Shown: positions 44,706-55,151, counted from the first letter of the stretch. The stretch is 64,000 nucleotides of DNA from Bacteroidales bacterium (GCA_031549685.1 JAVBPG010000042.1:3826-67825), one strand, 5' to 3'. Translations and numbers: made by a program. Notes: generated by a model not told the origin, from the letters alone.

Positions 44706-46562
44706 ATGGATAAAAATACGCTTTGGGGCATTTTGGTAATTGGCGCCCTTATTATTGGATTTAGCTTTTACAATACAAAACAGGTTGAAAAGTACCAGCA
44801 CGAAAAACATCGCCTTGACTCGGCCGCCGCGGTAAAAATTGCCGCAGAAAAGGCCTACCAGGTAAACAAGGAGCCCGAAAAAAGCGCGGTGGAGCAGCAG
44901 GCTCCCGCCAAGCAGGTGTACGCCTACGATGCGCTCGAGTCGGCCTCCAAGGGCGAGGAGGAGTTCTACACCATCGAAAATGATTTGATGACGCTCACCC
45001 TCTCCAACAAGGGCGGGCGCATGTACGCCGTGGAGCTCAAAAAGTACCACTCCTACACCGGAAAACCCCTTATACTTTTCGATGGCCCCGGCAACGACTT
45101 TGCCTTTAACTTCTACACCAACGATAGCCGCAACTTTCAAACCTCGAGCTACTTCTTTACGCCGCAGGCGCCCCTTACCCACCACAAAATGGCGGAGGGC
45201 GATAGCGCCTATACCTTTACCATGCGCCTTGCCCTGGGGCAGGAGCGCTACGTGGACTACGAGTACACGCTGCGCAACGGCTCGTACATGGTGGACTTTA
45301 GGATGAAAACGGCCGGGATGCAAAACGTTACCAACGCTGATTTGCTGTGGGCGCATAGCACCTTCCAGCAGGAAAAGGCCTTTGACAACGAGAACAACTA
45401 CAGCACGGTGGCCTACAAGTACCCGGGCGAAACCAGCATTGAGGAGTTGGGCATAAGCAAGGAGGGCAAGGAGGAAAACGTGAAGACCAAGCTCGGCTGG
45501 ATTGCCTTCAAGCAGCAGTTCTTCTCGTCGGTTATTATCGCCAAGGGCGAAATGTTTGGCGGCGCCAACATGGCCTACCTTACCTACAAGCCGGGCAACG
45601 AGGAGCACCTGCTCAAGCGCTACATGACCAACATACAGCTGCCGGTGCAGCCCGAGCGCGACCAGAACCTGCCCCTGTCGTTCTACTTCGGCCCCAACCA
45701 CTACAGCACGCTCAAAAAGTACGATGCCGACCTGCATCAGCTGGTGCCGCTGGGCGGCTGGATGATAGGCTGGATTAACCGCTGGGTGGTGATTCCCATT
45801 TTCGACTTTCTGAGCAAGTACATCGCCAGCTTCGGCATCATTATTCTCATCCTGACCATCATTATCAAGCTGCTGCTCTTTCCGCTCACCTACAAGTCGT
45901 ACCTCTCGTCGGCCAAGATGCGCCTGCTCAAGCCCGATGTGGATAGGGTAAAGCAGAAGTACCCCAAGAAGGAGGATGCCATGAAGGTGCAGCAGGAAAC
46001 CATGGCGCTGTACAAAAAGGCGGGGGCGAGCCCCATGGGAGGCTGCCTGCCGATTCTGATCCAGTTCCCCATCCTCATCGCCATGTTCCGCTTCTTCCCG
46101 GCCTCCATCGAACTGCGCCAGCAGCCCTTCCTGTGGGCCGACGACCTGTCGGGCTTCGATTCGATACTGAACCTGCCGTTCACCATTCCGTTTTACGGCG
46201 ACCACGTCAGCCTGTTCACGCTGCTCATGGCCGGCGCGCTCTTTATTTCGTCGCGCATGAGCATGGCGCAAACCCCCGATACCGGTATGCCTGGCATGAA
46301 GTTTATGACGCTGTACCTGATGCCGGTCATGATGCTGTTTTGGTTCAACAGCTACGCCTCGGGTCTGAGCTACTACTACTTCTTGTCCAACCTCATTACC
46401 ATAGGGCAAACCTACGCTACCCGCCGCCTGGTAAACGATGAGAAGCTCCACGCCAAGATGAAGGAGAACAGCAAGAAGCCGGTAAAAAAATCGGGCTTTC
46501 AGGCTAAGCTGGAGGAGATAGCGCGCAAGCAGCAGGCGGCGCAAAAATCGGCAAGGAGATAG
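44706..46562 (+). CDS. yidC: Membrane protein insertase YidC
   Basis: The 618-aa ORF has a large periplasmic domain and a conserved C-terminal 60-kDa insertase region (…LLFPLTYKSY…GGCLPILIQFPI…). Confidence 0.95.
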   Translation: MDKNTLWGILVIGALIIGFSFYNTKQVEKYQHEKHRLDSAAAVKIAAEKAYQVNKEPEKSAVEQQAPAKQVYAYDALESASKGEEEFYTIENDLMTLTLSNKGGRMYAVELKKYHSYTGKPLILFDGPGNDFAFNFYTNDSRNFQTSSYFFTPQAPLTHHKMAEGDSAYTFTMRLALGQERYVDYEYTLRNGSYMVDFRMKTAGMQNVTNADLLWAHSTFQQEKAFDNENNYSTVAYKYPGETSIEELGISKEGKEENVKTKLGWIAFKQQFFSSVIIAKGEMFGGANMAYLTYKPGNEEHLLKRYMTNIQLPVQPERDQNLPLSFYFGPNHYSTLKKYDADLHQLVPLGGWMIGWINRWVVIPIFDFLSKYIASFGIIILILTIIIKLLLFPLTYKSYLSSAKMRLLKPDVDRVKQKYPKKEDAMKVQQETMALYKKAGASPMGGCLPILIQFPILIAMFRFFPASIELRQQPFLWADDLSGFDSILNLPFTIPFYGDHVSLFTLLMAGALFISSRMSMAQTPDTGMPGMKFMTLYLMPVMMLFWFNSYASGLSYYYFLSNLITIGQTYATRRLVNDEKLHAKMKENSKKPVKKSGFQAKLEEIARKQQAAQKSARR

Positions 46563-46569
46563 CGGCCTT

Positions 46570-47601
46570 ATGCAGCAGCAAAGGCGAGATAGGAAAGTTG
46601 CAGCAGTGTATGTCGCTTTGGCGGCGCTACTGCTGCTCTTTTTTGTGGCCGATATCCTGCTGGGCTCCGAGCCTATTTCGCTGCAGGCGGCGCTGCAATC
46701 CTTTTTGGGTAACGAAAATCCGGCACTTTCGCACATCGTGGTGGGCTACCGCCTTCCCAAGGCGCTGGTGGCCATTGTGGCCGGCGTGTCGCTGTCGGTG
46801 AGCGGCCTGCAAATGCAAACGGTGTTCCGCAACCCCCTGGCCGACCCCTACATTCTGGGTGTAAGCTCGGGCGCGGGCCTGGGCGTGGCGCTCTTCCTCA
46901 TGGGTTGCTCGCTCTGGGGCGGGGTGGCGTTGGGCGCCTTTCTGCCCAGCATGGGCTACGCGCTGGCGGCCTGGATTGGCGCAGGCTGCGTAATGCTCAT
47001 CATGCTGCTCATATCGCTGCGCGTGCGCGATATTATGGCCATGCTCATACTGGGTATGATGATTGGCAGCGCGGCGGCGGCGCTCATTACCGTGCTGCAG
47101 TACTTCAGCCGCGAAGCCATGCTCAAATCGTACGTGCTGTGGACAATGGGCAGCCTGGGCAACGTAACCACAGCGCAGCTGTACGTGCTGCTGGCCGTTA
47201 CCCTTGTGGGCGGCGTTTTGGCCCTGCTTTCCGTCAAAACCCTGAACGTGCTGATGCTGGGCGAAACCTACGCGCGCAGCATTGGCTACGGCGCGGCAAG
47301 GCACCGCACCTTCATTATCCTCACCTCAACCATTCTCACGGGCACGGTAACGGCCTTCTGCGGGCCCATCGGCTTTATCGGCGTGGCGGTGCCGCACGTG
47401 GCGCGCATGCTCATCCGCGAGGCCGACCACCGCTACCTCATGCCCGCCACCATGCTGCTGGGCGCGGTGGTGATGCTCTTTTGCGATATGGTGTCGCAAA
47501 TGCCGGGTAGCGATAGCGCGTTGCCCATCAATACGGTTACTGCGCTGCTGGGCATCCCCGTGGTGGTTATGGTAATAATTCGCAACCAAAAAATTGTGTA
47601 A
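46570..47601 (+). CDS. FecCD/BtuC-type ABC transporter permease (iron-siderophore/cobalamin class)
   Basis: The 343-aa polytopic ORF has motifs such as …RLPKALVAIVAGVSLSVSGLQMQ… and …GPIGFIGVAVPHVAR…. Confidence 0.9.
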   Translation: MQQQRRDRKVAAVYVALAALLLLFFVADILLGSEPISLQAALQSFLGNENPALSHIVVGYRLPKALVAIVAGVSLSVSGLQMQTVFRNPLADPYILGVSSGAGLGVALFLMGCSLWGGVALGAFLPSMGYALAAWIGAGCVMLIMLLISLRVRDIMAMLILGMMIGSAAAALITVLQYFSREAMLKSYVLWTMGSLGNVTTAQLYVLLAVTLVGGVLALLSVKTLNVLMLGETYARSIGYGAARHRTFIILTSTILTGTVTAFCGPIGFIGVAVPHVARMLIREADHRYLMPATMLLGAVVMLFCDMVSQMPGSDSALPINTVTALLGIPVVVMVIIRNQKIV

Positions 47602-48380
47602 TGGGCACGGCCGTTTCCTTACATAGCTTGAGCATTGGCTACGCCGCGCAGGGCAAGGCGCGTGAGGTTTTCCCCGCCGTTGACGCCGAGGCCGGCGTGG
47701 GCGAGCTGGTGTCGCTGGTGGGGCGCAACGGGCAGGGAAAAAGTACGCTGCTGCGCACGCTCATCGGCTTCCAGCCGGCGCTGGCGGGCAGCGTTCGCAT
47801 TTTCGAAAAGGATATTACGGCCTACGATTTGCGCAGCTTAGCCACCATCGTCAGCTACGTTTCGACCGACAACGTGAAGGTGGGCAACCTCAAGGTTTTT
47901 GACCTCGTGTCGCTGGGGCGCTACCCCTACACCGGCTGGTTCGGTACGCTTTCGCAAAACGATAAGGAGGTGGTCATGCAGTCGCTCGACATGGTGGGCA
48001 TGCGCGACTACGCCTGGCGCAACACCAACCGCCTGAGCGACGGCGAGCGCCAGCGGGCCATGATAGCGCGCGCCCTGGCGCAGGGTACGCCCATCATTGT
48101 GCTCGACGAGCCCACGGCCTTCCTGGATTTACCCAACCGCTACGAGGTGGTGCTGCTCCTGAAAAAGCTGGCGGAGGAGCAGCAAAAAACGGTGCTGTTC
48201 TCAACGCACGACCTGAGCTTGGCCTTCAAGGTGTCGGACAGGATGTGGGTGATGTGCGACGGAAAAATGCACCAGGGCGCGCCGCAGCAGCTCATGGCCG
48301 ATAGCGTGTTTGACGCGCTGCTGCAGAATACCCGCCTTGCCGTTGACCACGCCACGGGCGATGTACACCTAAAAATGTAA
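47601..48380 (+). CDS. ABC transporter ATP-binding protein (FecE/BtuD-like)
   Basis: It has Walker A GRNGQGKST, the signature LSDGERQR and Walker B IIVLDEPT. The start overlaps the permease stop. Confidence 0.9.
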   Translation: MGTAVSLHSLSIGYAAQGKAREVFPAVDAEAGVGELVSLVGRNGQGKSTLLRTLIGFQPALAGSVRIFEKDITAYDLRSLATIVSYVSTDNVKVGNLKVFDLVSLGRYPYTGWFGTLSQNDKEVVMQSLDMVGMRDYAWRNTNRLSDGERQRAMIARALAQGTPIIVLDEPTAFLDLPNRYEVVLLLKKLAEEQQKTVLFSTHDLSLAFKVSDRMWVMCDGKMHQGAPQQLMADSVFDALLQNTRLAVDHATGDVHLKM

Positions 48381-48383
48381 TTT

Positions 48384-49691
48384 TTGAAAAAAGTAAAACA
48401 TATACTGCTCCTTTTCTCCTCCGTGCTGGCCTTAGCCGCGCTGTGCGTGCTGCTGCTGTCGCACAAGAGCGACGGGGAGCCCGGGCCGCTGCAACCCGCA
48501 TCGCCCTTCCCCCTGCCCACCGTGCCCCGCCTTACCAACGACATGTCCGCCCGCGCGGAGTTTGCCGCGCTGGACAAGACGGTGGAGAAATTTCTGAAGC
48601 AGTGGCACATCAACGGCGCCTCGCTGGCCATTGCCAAGGACGGCAAGCTGATCTACGCCAAGGGCTTCGGCTACGCCGATGTGGCGCAGAAAAGGGAGGT
48701 GCAGCCCTACAACATTTTTCGCGTAGCCAGCGTGTCGAAGCTGGTAACCGCCGCCGCCATTATGAAGCTGGTGGAGGAGGGCAGGCTCACGCTCGATGCA
48801 AGGGTGTTTGGCCCCGAAGGTATTTTAAACGACTCCGTTTTTCTTCAGATTAAGGATAAGCGCGCCCTGCAGGTTACCGTCAAGAACCTGCTGGAGCACT
48901 CCGGCGGGTGGACTACGCGCTGGGGCGACCCCATGTTTATGAGCCGGCAGGTGGCCAGCAGCCTGCAGGTGCCCATGCCCGTTTGCGTGGACGATATTAT
49001 AGCTTTTGTGCTGAGCAAGCACATGCACTTCAACGTGGGCGATCACAGCTCGTACGTCAACGTGGGCTACATGATGCTGGGGCGCGTGGTGGAAAAAGTT
49101 ACGGGCATGGCCTACGAGGACTACGTGCGCCACGCCCTGCTGGTGCCCATGGGTGTGGCCAACATGTGCTTGGGCAACAGCTACCCCAAGGATTTGTACC
49201 ACGACGAGGTAAGCTACTACGATGTGTGGGACGCCGCCCAGGTAATGGCCTTTGATAACCCCAACGCCCTGGCGTACAAGTGTAGCGGCGGCCACGATAT
49301 CCACACGCTGGGCGCCGCCGGAGGCTGGGTGGCCTCGCCGGCGGAGCTGGTGCGCTTTGTGCTGTGCCTCGATGGCCGCCCCGAGGTGCCCGACGTGCTG
49401 ACGCTGGAGTCGGTGGATAAAATGGTGTGCAACGACCTCGGCTACGACCCGCTGGGCTGGCGCCTGGTCAACCCGCGCTACTGGCTGCGCACCGGCACGC
49501 TGGCCGGAACCTCGGCGGCGGTGGTGCGCGATACCGCCGGATTCTGCTGGGCTTTTGTAACCAACACCAGCTCGTGGCAGGGGGCGGCATTTCCGATCAA
49601 AATAGCGTCCACCATCAATGCTGCCATTGCCAAGGAATCGCCCAAGTGGCGCTACGATTACGATTTGTTTCTTCCATCAAAAAAAGAGTAA
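48384..49691 (+). CDS. Serine hydrolase, beta-lactamase/PBP4* family
   Basis: It has a signal or anchor sequence and the SxxK motif ASVSKLVTAAA, over 435 aa. Confidence 0.85.
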   Translation: MKKVKHILLLFSSVLALAALCVLLLSHKSDGEPGPLQPASPFPLPTVPRLTNDMSARAEFAALDKTVEKFLKQWHINGASLAIAKDGKLIYAKGFGYADVAQKREVQPYNIFRVASVSKLVTAAAIMKLVEEGRLTLDARVFGPEGILNDSVFLQIKDKRALQVTVKNLLEHSGGWTTRWGDPMFMSRQVASSLQVPMPVCVDDIIAFVLSKHMHFNVGDHSSYVNVGYMMLGRVVEKVTGMAYEDYVRHALLVPMGVANMCLGNSYPKDLYHDEVSYYDVWDAAQVMAFDNPNALAYKCSGGHDIHTLGAAGGWVASPAELVRFVLCLDGRPEVPDVLTLESVDKMVCNDLGYDPLGWRLVNPRYWLRTGTLAGTSAAVVRDTAGFCWAFVTNTSSWQGAAFPIKIASTINAAIAKESPKWRYDYDLFLPSKKE

Positions 49692-49696
49692 AACGC

Positions 49697-50098
49697 ATGA
49701 CATACGAACACAAGCTGAGAGTGCGCTACGGCGAAACCGATGCCATGGGCGTGGTGCACCACGGTACCTACCCGCTGTACTACGAGGAGGCGCGCACCGA
49801 AATGCTGCGCAGCGTGGGCCTGTCGTACGCCGAGCTGGAGCGCAGGGGCACTATGATGCCGGTGGTGGACATGCACATTAGGTACATTGCACCGGCATTT
49901 TTCGACGATGTGCTTACGGTGCGCGTAAGCGTGAAGGAGGTGCCTGCAGCGCGCATTGTTTTTTACTACGAGGTGGTGAACGAGGCCGGAAAAATTATCA
50001 ACGAAGCCGAGACAACGCTTGTATTTGTGGACGCTGTAACCCGCCGTCCGCGCCGTGCACCCATGGAAATGGTTGATGCTGTTGCTGCGAGGAGCTAA
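49697..50098 (+). CDS. Acyl-CoA thioesterase, YbgC/4HBT family
   Basis: It has VRYGETDAMGVVHHGTYPLYYEEAR. I chose the start at MTYEHK, because the track ORF extends upstream in overlap with the previous gene. Confidence 0.85.
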   Translation: MTYEHKLRVRYGETDAMGVVHHGTYPLYYEEARTEMLRSVGLSYAELERRGTMMPVVDMHIRYIAPAFFDDVLTVRVSVKEVPAARIVFYYEVVNEAGKIINEAETTLVFVDAVTRRPRRAPMEMVDAVAARS

Positions 50099-50203
50099 CG
50101 TGGAGAAAGCGTGTTTGTTTAGCAGAAAGTAACATAGCGCCAATAGAAGTAATGCTGAATTTACGTTATTGGTTGTATTTTTGCTGCGAAACACCGTATT
50201 TAC

Positions 50204-50737
50204 TTGCCAATTACCATTCGCATACTAACGCCCTTGCTAGCGCTTGGCTTTGTCGGCTGCAGCTGCAATACTGCGCCCAGGTCTAACTTTAGCGTGCAAG
50301 AAGAGCTCCGGGCAATGGGAGCACAGGCGCGCCATGTGAGCATCAACCCCTCCCTTATCCTGCCCTTTTTGAACGAAAACAATAAGGAGGAGGCAGCGCT
50401 GAAATTTTTTTTGAAATCCATTCGTAAGGCCGAAATATACAACCTCCCATCGTACGAGGTGGCGCACTTGCTGGCCGAGCATGCCATTGCTGCCAGCTTT
50501 GAGCAGGATATGACCCTGCGCGAGGGCGATAACCGCTTAATAGTGTACACCTACACGCCTAAAAAAAAGCCGGAGGTGGTAAAAATGTTGCTGCTGCTGT
50601 TGCAAAACGATTCGAGCAACCTGTACTACCTGATAGAAATGGAGGGTGAGATAGCGAAGCCAACGCTGGTTGTGCTCAGCAACATCAGCCCCGAATTTTT
50701 GGACGGCTACATTCGCCGCTTTAACATACAGTTTTAG
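50204..50737 (+). CDS. Hypothetical lipoprotein (possibly DUF4252-like)
   Basis: It has the lipobox LGFVGC and a TTG start. The family assignment is tentative. Confidence 0.5.
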   Translation: MPITIRILTPLLALGFVGCSCNTAPRSNFSVQEELRAMGAQARHVSINPSLILPFLNENNKEEAALKFFLKSIRKAEIYNLPSYEVAHLLAEHAIAASFEQDMTLREGDNRLIVYTYTPKKKPEVVKMLLLLLQNDSSNLYYLIEMEGEIAKPTLVVLSNISPEFLDGYIRRFNIQF

Positions 50738-51432
50738 GCATTATCCCTGCGGCAATTCTCTATAAGCTGCATAACCCACGTCATTTGCTCCTCCACGCTC
50801 ATGCTGCTGTTGTCCAGCAGCACCGCGTCGTGCGCACGGCGCAGCGGGCTTACATCGCGGTTTTCGTCAATGCTGTCGCGCTGGCGAATATTTTTTTCAA
50901 CCTCCTCCAACGTGGTTTTTACGCCCTTGCCCAGCAGCTCCTCGTAGCGCCGCCGCGCGCGTACCTCGGGCAATGCGGTCATAAAAATTTTGAGCTCGGC
51001 GCTGGGAAAAACCACCGTGCCGATATCGCGCCCATCCATTACAATGGCCTTGCCCCTGCCCATTTCCTGCTGTAGCGCCACCATGCGCTGGCGCACCTCG
51101 CCAATCTCGGCTATGCGGCTCACGTTGTCCGATACGCGCGCCAGCCGGATTTCGTTTTCAACGTTCTCTTCGTTCAAAAATACGTCGTTCTTTTCGCTCT
51201 GCGTGTTGTACAAAAGCCGGATGTTGATGAGCGGCAGCTGGGCCACAAGCGCCTCGCGCTGCACGCTCCCATCGGCATTTATGAGGTTGTTGCGCAGGGC
51301 GTAAAGGGTTACGCAGCGGTACATGGCGCCGCTGTCGATAAAGGTGTATCCCAGCCGCTTGGCAATGGCCTTGGCAAAGGTGCTCTTGCCACACGAGGAG
51401 TAGCCGTCAATGGCTATGGTAATGTCCTTCAT
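50734..51432 (-). CDS. cmk: (d)CMP kinase
   Basis: IAIDGYSSCGKST…DSGAMYR…MDGRDIGT is typical of Cmk. Confidence 0.95.
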   Translation of the reverse strand: MKDITIAIDGYSSCGKSTFAKAIAKRLGYTFIDSGAMYRCVTLYALRNNLINADGSVQREALVAQLPLINIRLLYNTQSEKNDVFLNEENVENEIRLARVSDNVSRIAEIGEVRQRMVALQQEMGRGKAIVMDGRDIGTVVFPSAELKIFMTALPEVRARRRYEELLGKGVKTTLEEVEKNIRQRDSIDENRDVSPLRRAHDAVLLDNSSMSVEEQMTWVMQLIENCRRDNA

Positions 51433-51513
51433 TTATGTGCGATATGCGATACGCAATACCGCGACGTGCGAATTTTCTTACACCGCAAGCCGCATTGTCG
51501 CGTGTCGGGATTA

Positions 51514-52536
51514 TTAAAAAATTCTCAAAATCAAACCAAAGTGGTTGTTGGCCCCGCCCAGGTGGTATATGGCGTGGGCGTAGTTGAGCTCAACGTACTT
51601 GAGGCGTAGCCCCAGGCCGAACGAAAAGCCCGTTCCGCCGCTTTTTTCGCCCACCTTCAGCTCGTTGCCCCGCCTGAAGTTGTACCCGCCCATGATAAAA
51701 AAATACTTGGACGGAATAATCTCAACGCCGACGGCAACGTGGCTGAGCAGCTCCTTGCCTGCCTTAGTCAGGCCGCTTTCCTGCTGCTCCCTCCCGTCAA
51801 GCGATGTTTGGCTTTCCTCGGTGTTTGTGTAGGTGTTGAAACTTTGTAAATCATTTAATGATAGCGAGATACCAAATGGTGCGTTTTCAAATTTTTGCGC
51901 CATCGACAGCTGAATTTCGAAGGGTAGCTTTTCGTGGTTACCTTCGGTGTAGGGCTTGAGCTGGTACCCTATATTTTTTAGCGCCAGCGTGGCGTTGAAC
52001 AAGTTGTTGTGGCTGTGGTAGCGTGCGCCCACGTTGAGCGCCATGCCGAAGGAGTTGTAGCGCTCCAGCTGCGAAATAATGGTGTTGAGCGTAGCGCCTA
52101 GGCTCACGTTACGCCACACGTTGCGCGAGTAGTGCAGCCCAAGGTCAAACTCGTTGGCGTTGAAGGTGCCCATGTCGGCTCCCTCCTCATCGTAGCCGTC
52201 GAACGAGCCGTAGTTGAGGCTTACAAAGCTCAGCCCCAGGGTGCCTACGCCCTTTTGGTGCCACGCGCCGGCCAGGCTGCTGTGCGAAATGCCGGCCACG
52301 TAGTGCAGGTAGGTCAGGCTAATATCGCGGTGCATGCCGCTGTCGAGCAGGGCGGGGTTTTGCGTCACCATACCCACATCGTTGTACATGGGCGACAGGC
52401 TTACGCCGCCCAGCGCCGCCGATTTTGCCGAGGGGTTTACCTTGAGGAAATTGTAGGTGCTCTCGCCTCCGATTTGCGCACAAACGCGCGCCGAGGCGAT
52501 GGTAAGCAGCAGTATGATGGCCGTTTTTTTGAGCAT
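51514..52536 (-). CDS. porQ: Outer-membrane beta-barrel protein, PorQ-like (type IX secretion associated)
   Basis: It has a signal peptide, then GGESTYNFLKVNPSAKSAALGG and a C-terminal aromatic-rich barrel. The family assignment is from memory and could instead be another PorV/FadL-like member. Confidence 0.5.
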   Translation of the reverse strand: MLKKTAIILLLTIASARVCAQIGGESTYNFLKVNPSAKSAALGGVSLSPMYNDVGMVTQNPALLDSGMHRDISLTYLHYVAGISHSSLAGAWHQKGVGTLGLSFVSLNYGSFDGYDEEGADMGTFNANEFDLGLHYSRNVWRNVSLGATLNTIISQLERYNSFGMALNVGARYHSHNNLFNATLALKNIGYQLKPYTEGNHEKLPFEIQLSMAQKFENAPFGISLSLNDLQSFNTYTNTEESQTSLDGREQQESGLTKAGKELLSHVAVGVEIIPSKYFFIMGGYNFRRGNELKVGEKSGGTGFSFGLGLRLKYVELNYAHAIYHLGGANNHFGLILRIF

Positions 52537-52594
52537 TGACCTACAAAAGGAAGAGCAAATGTACAATAATTTTAGGCAAGTTGACGCAGTGCAG

Positions 52595-53686
52595 CTACCG
52601 TAGCTGCCGGTAGTACACCAGCCTATGCCCGGGCAGCAGGTCGGGGTGCAGAACTTTTATCAAATCCTTTAAGATGATGTGCGGGTTTACCGTTCCCGAT
52701 TCAAAAAAATCGCTGCCGCCGTGCGCGCTCAGGCGGGCGTTGTTGTTGTAAACCTCGCCGCTTTTGAAGGCCGGAATATTCTCGATGAGCTTGTGCATAC
52801 TTTTAAGCTCGGCTAAGCTCTTGGCCTGTCCCGGGTTGAGCCACGTGCCGGCGTGCTGCGCATCGCCGTAGGCGCGCTCAATGTTGATGGGGTAGCTGTC
52901 TCGGTGGTTGCGCAGCTCCACTACGCTCTGCCCGCCGGCATCGCGCAGCAGCGTGGCCATGTAGCCCCGCTTGCCGGGCACAAACCATGCATCGCTCCAC
53001 GGCGCGTTGAGCAGCACCATCGTTTTTGGGAGCGCGCTGTCAACAACATTTTTCAGCCGGTTGTACTCGCATTCCACCTCCGTAAACCGGCCTATGGCCG
53101 CTTGCTCGCAGCCAAACAGCGATGCCACCGCCACCGCCCACTCGGCCTTACCCAGCGGGTGCTCCTCGGTGTACTCGCCAAGGTATACGATGCGCAGCCC
53201 CAGCTCCTCGAGCTTGTTGGCAATGCTTGTAAACTCGCCCGATACGCCGTAGGCAAAAATAACGTCGGGGCGCAGCGCGAGCAGCTTCTCCAGGTTGAGC
53301 TGCGTGTCGTAGCCCACATCGGCAATGGCGCCGCCGGTATACCTGGTGTATAGCAGCGAGTCGTACAGCAGGTTGGCGCTGGCCACACCCGCAATACTTT
53401 CGGCTTTTCCTATAAATTGGAGCAGCGCCACGTGCGTGGTCGACAGGCACGCCACCTTGCGTAGGGCGCTATCAACGGAGTAGCTGTAGGCCAGCTGCTG
53501 CGAGTTTTGAAATGGGTTGAACACGCGAAGAATTTTGCGACCGTTTACCGTGTCGATGCAGAATCCCTTGGCGTACCTGGGCACGTAAAAGTTACCCTGC
53601 GTAGCGCCGGTTGTGCTGCCGTTTTTACACGAAAAAAGGGGGAGTAGCAGGAGAGCGAGGAAGATTTTTGCGTTGAAAAAAGGCAT
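52595..53686 (-). CDS. ABC transporter periplasmic binding lipoprotein (Peripla_BP_2, Fe/B12 class)
   Basis: It has the lipobox LPLFSC and motifs such as …LRPDVIFAYG… and …EWAVAVASLFG…. Confidence 0.85.
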   Translation of the reverse strand: MPFFNAKIFLALLLLPLFSCKNGSTTGATQGNFYVPRYAKGFCIDTVNGRKILRVFNPFQNSQQLAYSYSVDSALRKVACLSTTHVALLQFIGKAESIAGVASANLLYDSLLYTRYTGGAIADVGYDTQLNLEKLLALRPDVIFAYGVSGEFTSIANKLEELGLRIVYLGEYTEEHPLGKAEWAVAVASLFGCEQAAIGRFTEVECEYNRLKNVVDSALPKTMVLLNAPWSDAWFVPGKRGYMATLLRDAGGQSVVELRNHRDSYPINIERAYGDAQHAGTWLNPGQAKSLAELKSMHKLIENIPAFKSGEVYNNNARLSAHGGSDFFESGTVNPHIILKDLIKVLHPDLLPGHRLVYYRQLR

Positions 53687-53853
53687 GCTGTTGTACTTGA
53701 ATTTTAAAGAGAATAAAAATACCACATGATTTTTACTGCGCCTAACAAAAAAGTAAGTTTAACGGATTTTAGTTTTTTTCGCTGCAATTTGTGATAATTC
53801 TTCGTTTTGCTTACCTTTGAAACCATCTTGAGCAACAGTAAAAATGTAAATAC

Positions 53854-55128
53854 ATGATAGGTAGCTATTTGAAAAATCTTTTACAGGAGCACCACCGGGT
53901 TATTATTCCCGGGTTGGGGGCATTGTTGAAAAAAGATAAGTCGGCTACGGCGTGGGAGGATTCGCTTACGTTTAGCCCGTTTTTGCGCTTTAACGATGGC
54001 TTACTTGAGGGCTATATTATAGAAAAAGAACGCATTGGGAAGGCCGAGGCGGAGCTGCAAATGCATCAGCTTGTGAAGGAGATACAGCAAACCATAGCTC
54101 AGCATTACCTTTTTTACATAGATGGCTTAGGAGCCTTTTATGAGGATGGGCGCGGAGCCGTGCAGTTTTTGTGCGCCAAAAGCAAAAAGGAGGCCCTCCA
54201 TAAGCTCGAGGCGCTGCGGGAGGAGAGTTCGCGCTCAAGCGATTTTTCGGTAGCCATTGATGTGGAGGAGGAGCTGATTGAGAAAAAAGTTCAACCTGCC
54301 AACGCTGAGCAGGCGCCGGGCCGCTCGGTAGGTGGCGCTACTCCCATTCCGCCCTCAACCGATAGGCAGGGCGTTGCTGCCACCAAGGCGCGGCAGCTGG
54401 AGGATGTGAACGCCTCGCTCATGCAGTGGATGGCCGAGGTGGAGGAGCGCAGGCTGAGGCAGCCGCACAAAGCGCAGGAGGAACCTGAACTTTCGGCGCG
54501 CGTGGAGCAACCGATTTCATCAACACCCGAAGCGCCGAAATTACCCGAAGCTCAGGATGAGGGCAGCGGTAAAAACGCATGGCCCGGGGTCGAGGAGAGC
54601 AAAAGTTCAGACGCTCCGCTGGCTCAACCCGCGCCGGCGCTGCCGTTTCAATCCGAGTCCGACGAGTGGAAAAAGGTGGTGGTGGCTCGCAAAGAGCGCC
54701 GTCCGATGCTAGCGGTAGGTATTGCTGCGGTGGTAGTGCTGGCGCTGGCTGTGGCTGCTGTAGGCTGGTTTTGGGATCCCATTTCGGAGCACATGGGCTG
54801 GCAGGAGCAGCCGGTGGTGGACGGAAACTACGTGGTGGAGCACCGGCAGCCCGAAGATGCGGTGGCCGTGGATGAGTATGAGTACGTGCCGCAGATTACC
54901 GAGCGGCAGCAGGGTTTTATTTACATTGTGGTGCTGAGCCTCAACCTGCAAAAAAACGCTATGGCCTTCTGTCAATCCCTTTACGAGCGCGGCATACGGG
55001 CAGAGATTGTGATTACCAATGAGGGTACATACTGGGTTTGCGTGGGTAAGTACAGCAGCATGGCCGAGGCCGAGGCTGCCCTTGACGCCTACACAAAAAA
55101 GTACGGCGAGGCCGAAATGAAGATATAA
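53854..55128 (+). CDS. HU-like N-terminal domain plus SPOR domain protein
   Basis: The N-terminal VIIPGLGALLKK resembles an HU/CCDC81-like domain. It is followed by a low-complexity linker, a TM segment and a C-terminal SPOR-like domain (FIYIVVLS…WVCVGKYSSMAEAEAAL). Confidence 0.8.
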   Translation: MIGSYLKNLLQEHHRVIIPGLGALLKKDKSATAWEDSLTFSPFLRFNDGLLEGYIIEKERIGKAEAELQMHQLVKEIQQTIAQHYLFYIDGLGAFYEDGRGAVQFLCAKSKKEALHKLEALREESSRSSDFSVAIDVEEELIEKKVQPANAEQAPGRSVGGATPIPPSTDRQGVAATKARQLEDVNASLMQWMAEVEERRLRQPHKAQEEPELSARVEQPISSTPEAPKLPEAQDEGSGKNAWPGVEESKSSDAPLAQPAPALPFQSESDEWKKVVVARKERRPMLAVGIAAVVVLALAVAAVGWFWDPISEHMGWQEQPVVDGNYVVEHRQPEDAVAVDEYEYVPQITERQQGFIYIVVLSLNLQKNAMAFCQSLYERGIRAEIVITNEGTYWVCVGKYSSMAEAEAALDAYTKKYGEAEMKI

Positions 55129-55151
55129 AGTTTATAAAAAGGAGTTGCTCC

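Noticed and set aside
44595-46736. 713-aa minus-strand ORF covering the whole yidC gene
   Set aside because: It is antisense to an unmistakable YidC. Its translation is R/G/H/L/V-rich low-complexity sequence with no domain features. Such shadow ORFs are typical opposite strongly codon-biased GC-rich genes.
51438-51472. Possible heptamer array (gcgatat gcgatac gcaatac …) upstream of cmk
   Set aside because: It has only about four poorly matching units. That is too weak to count as a member of the array families.
53687-53853. Cobalamin riboswitch upstream of the Peripla_BP_2 lipoprotein
   Set aside because: The leader is short and very A+T-rich, and I could not find any B12-box-like GC-rich core. 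A covariance-model scan would be needed to be certain.
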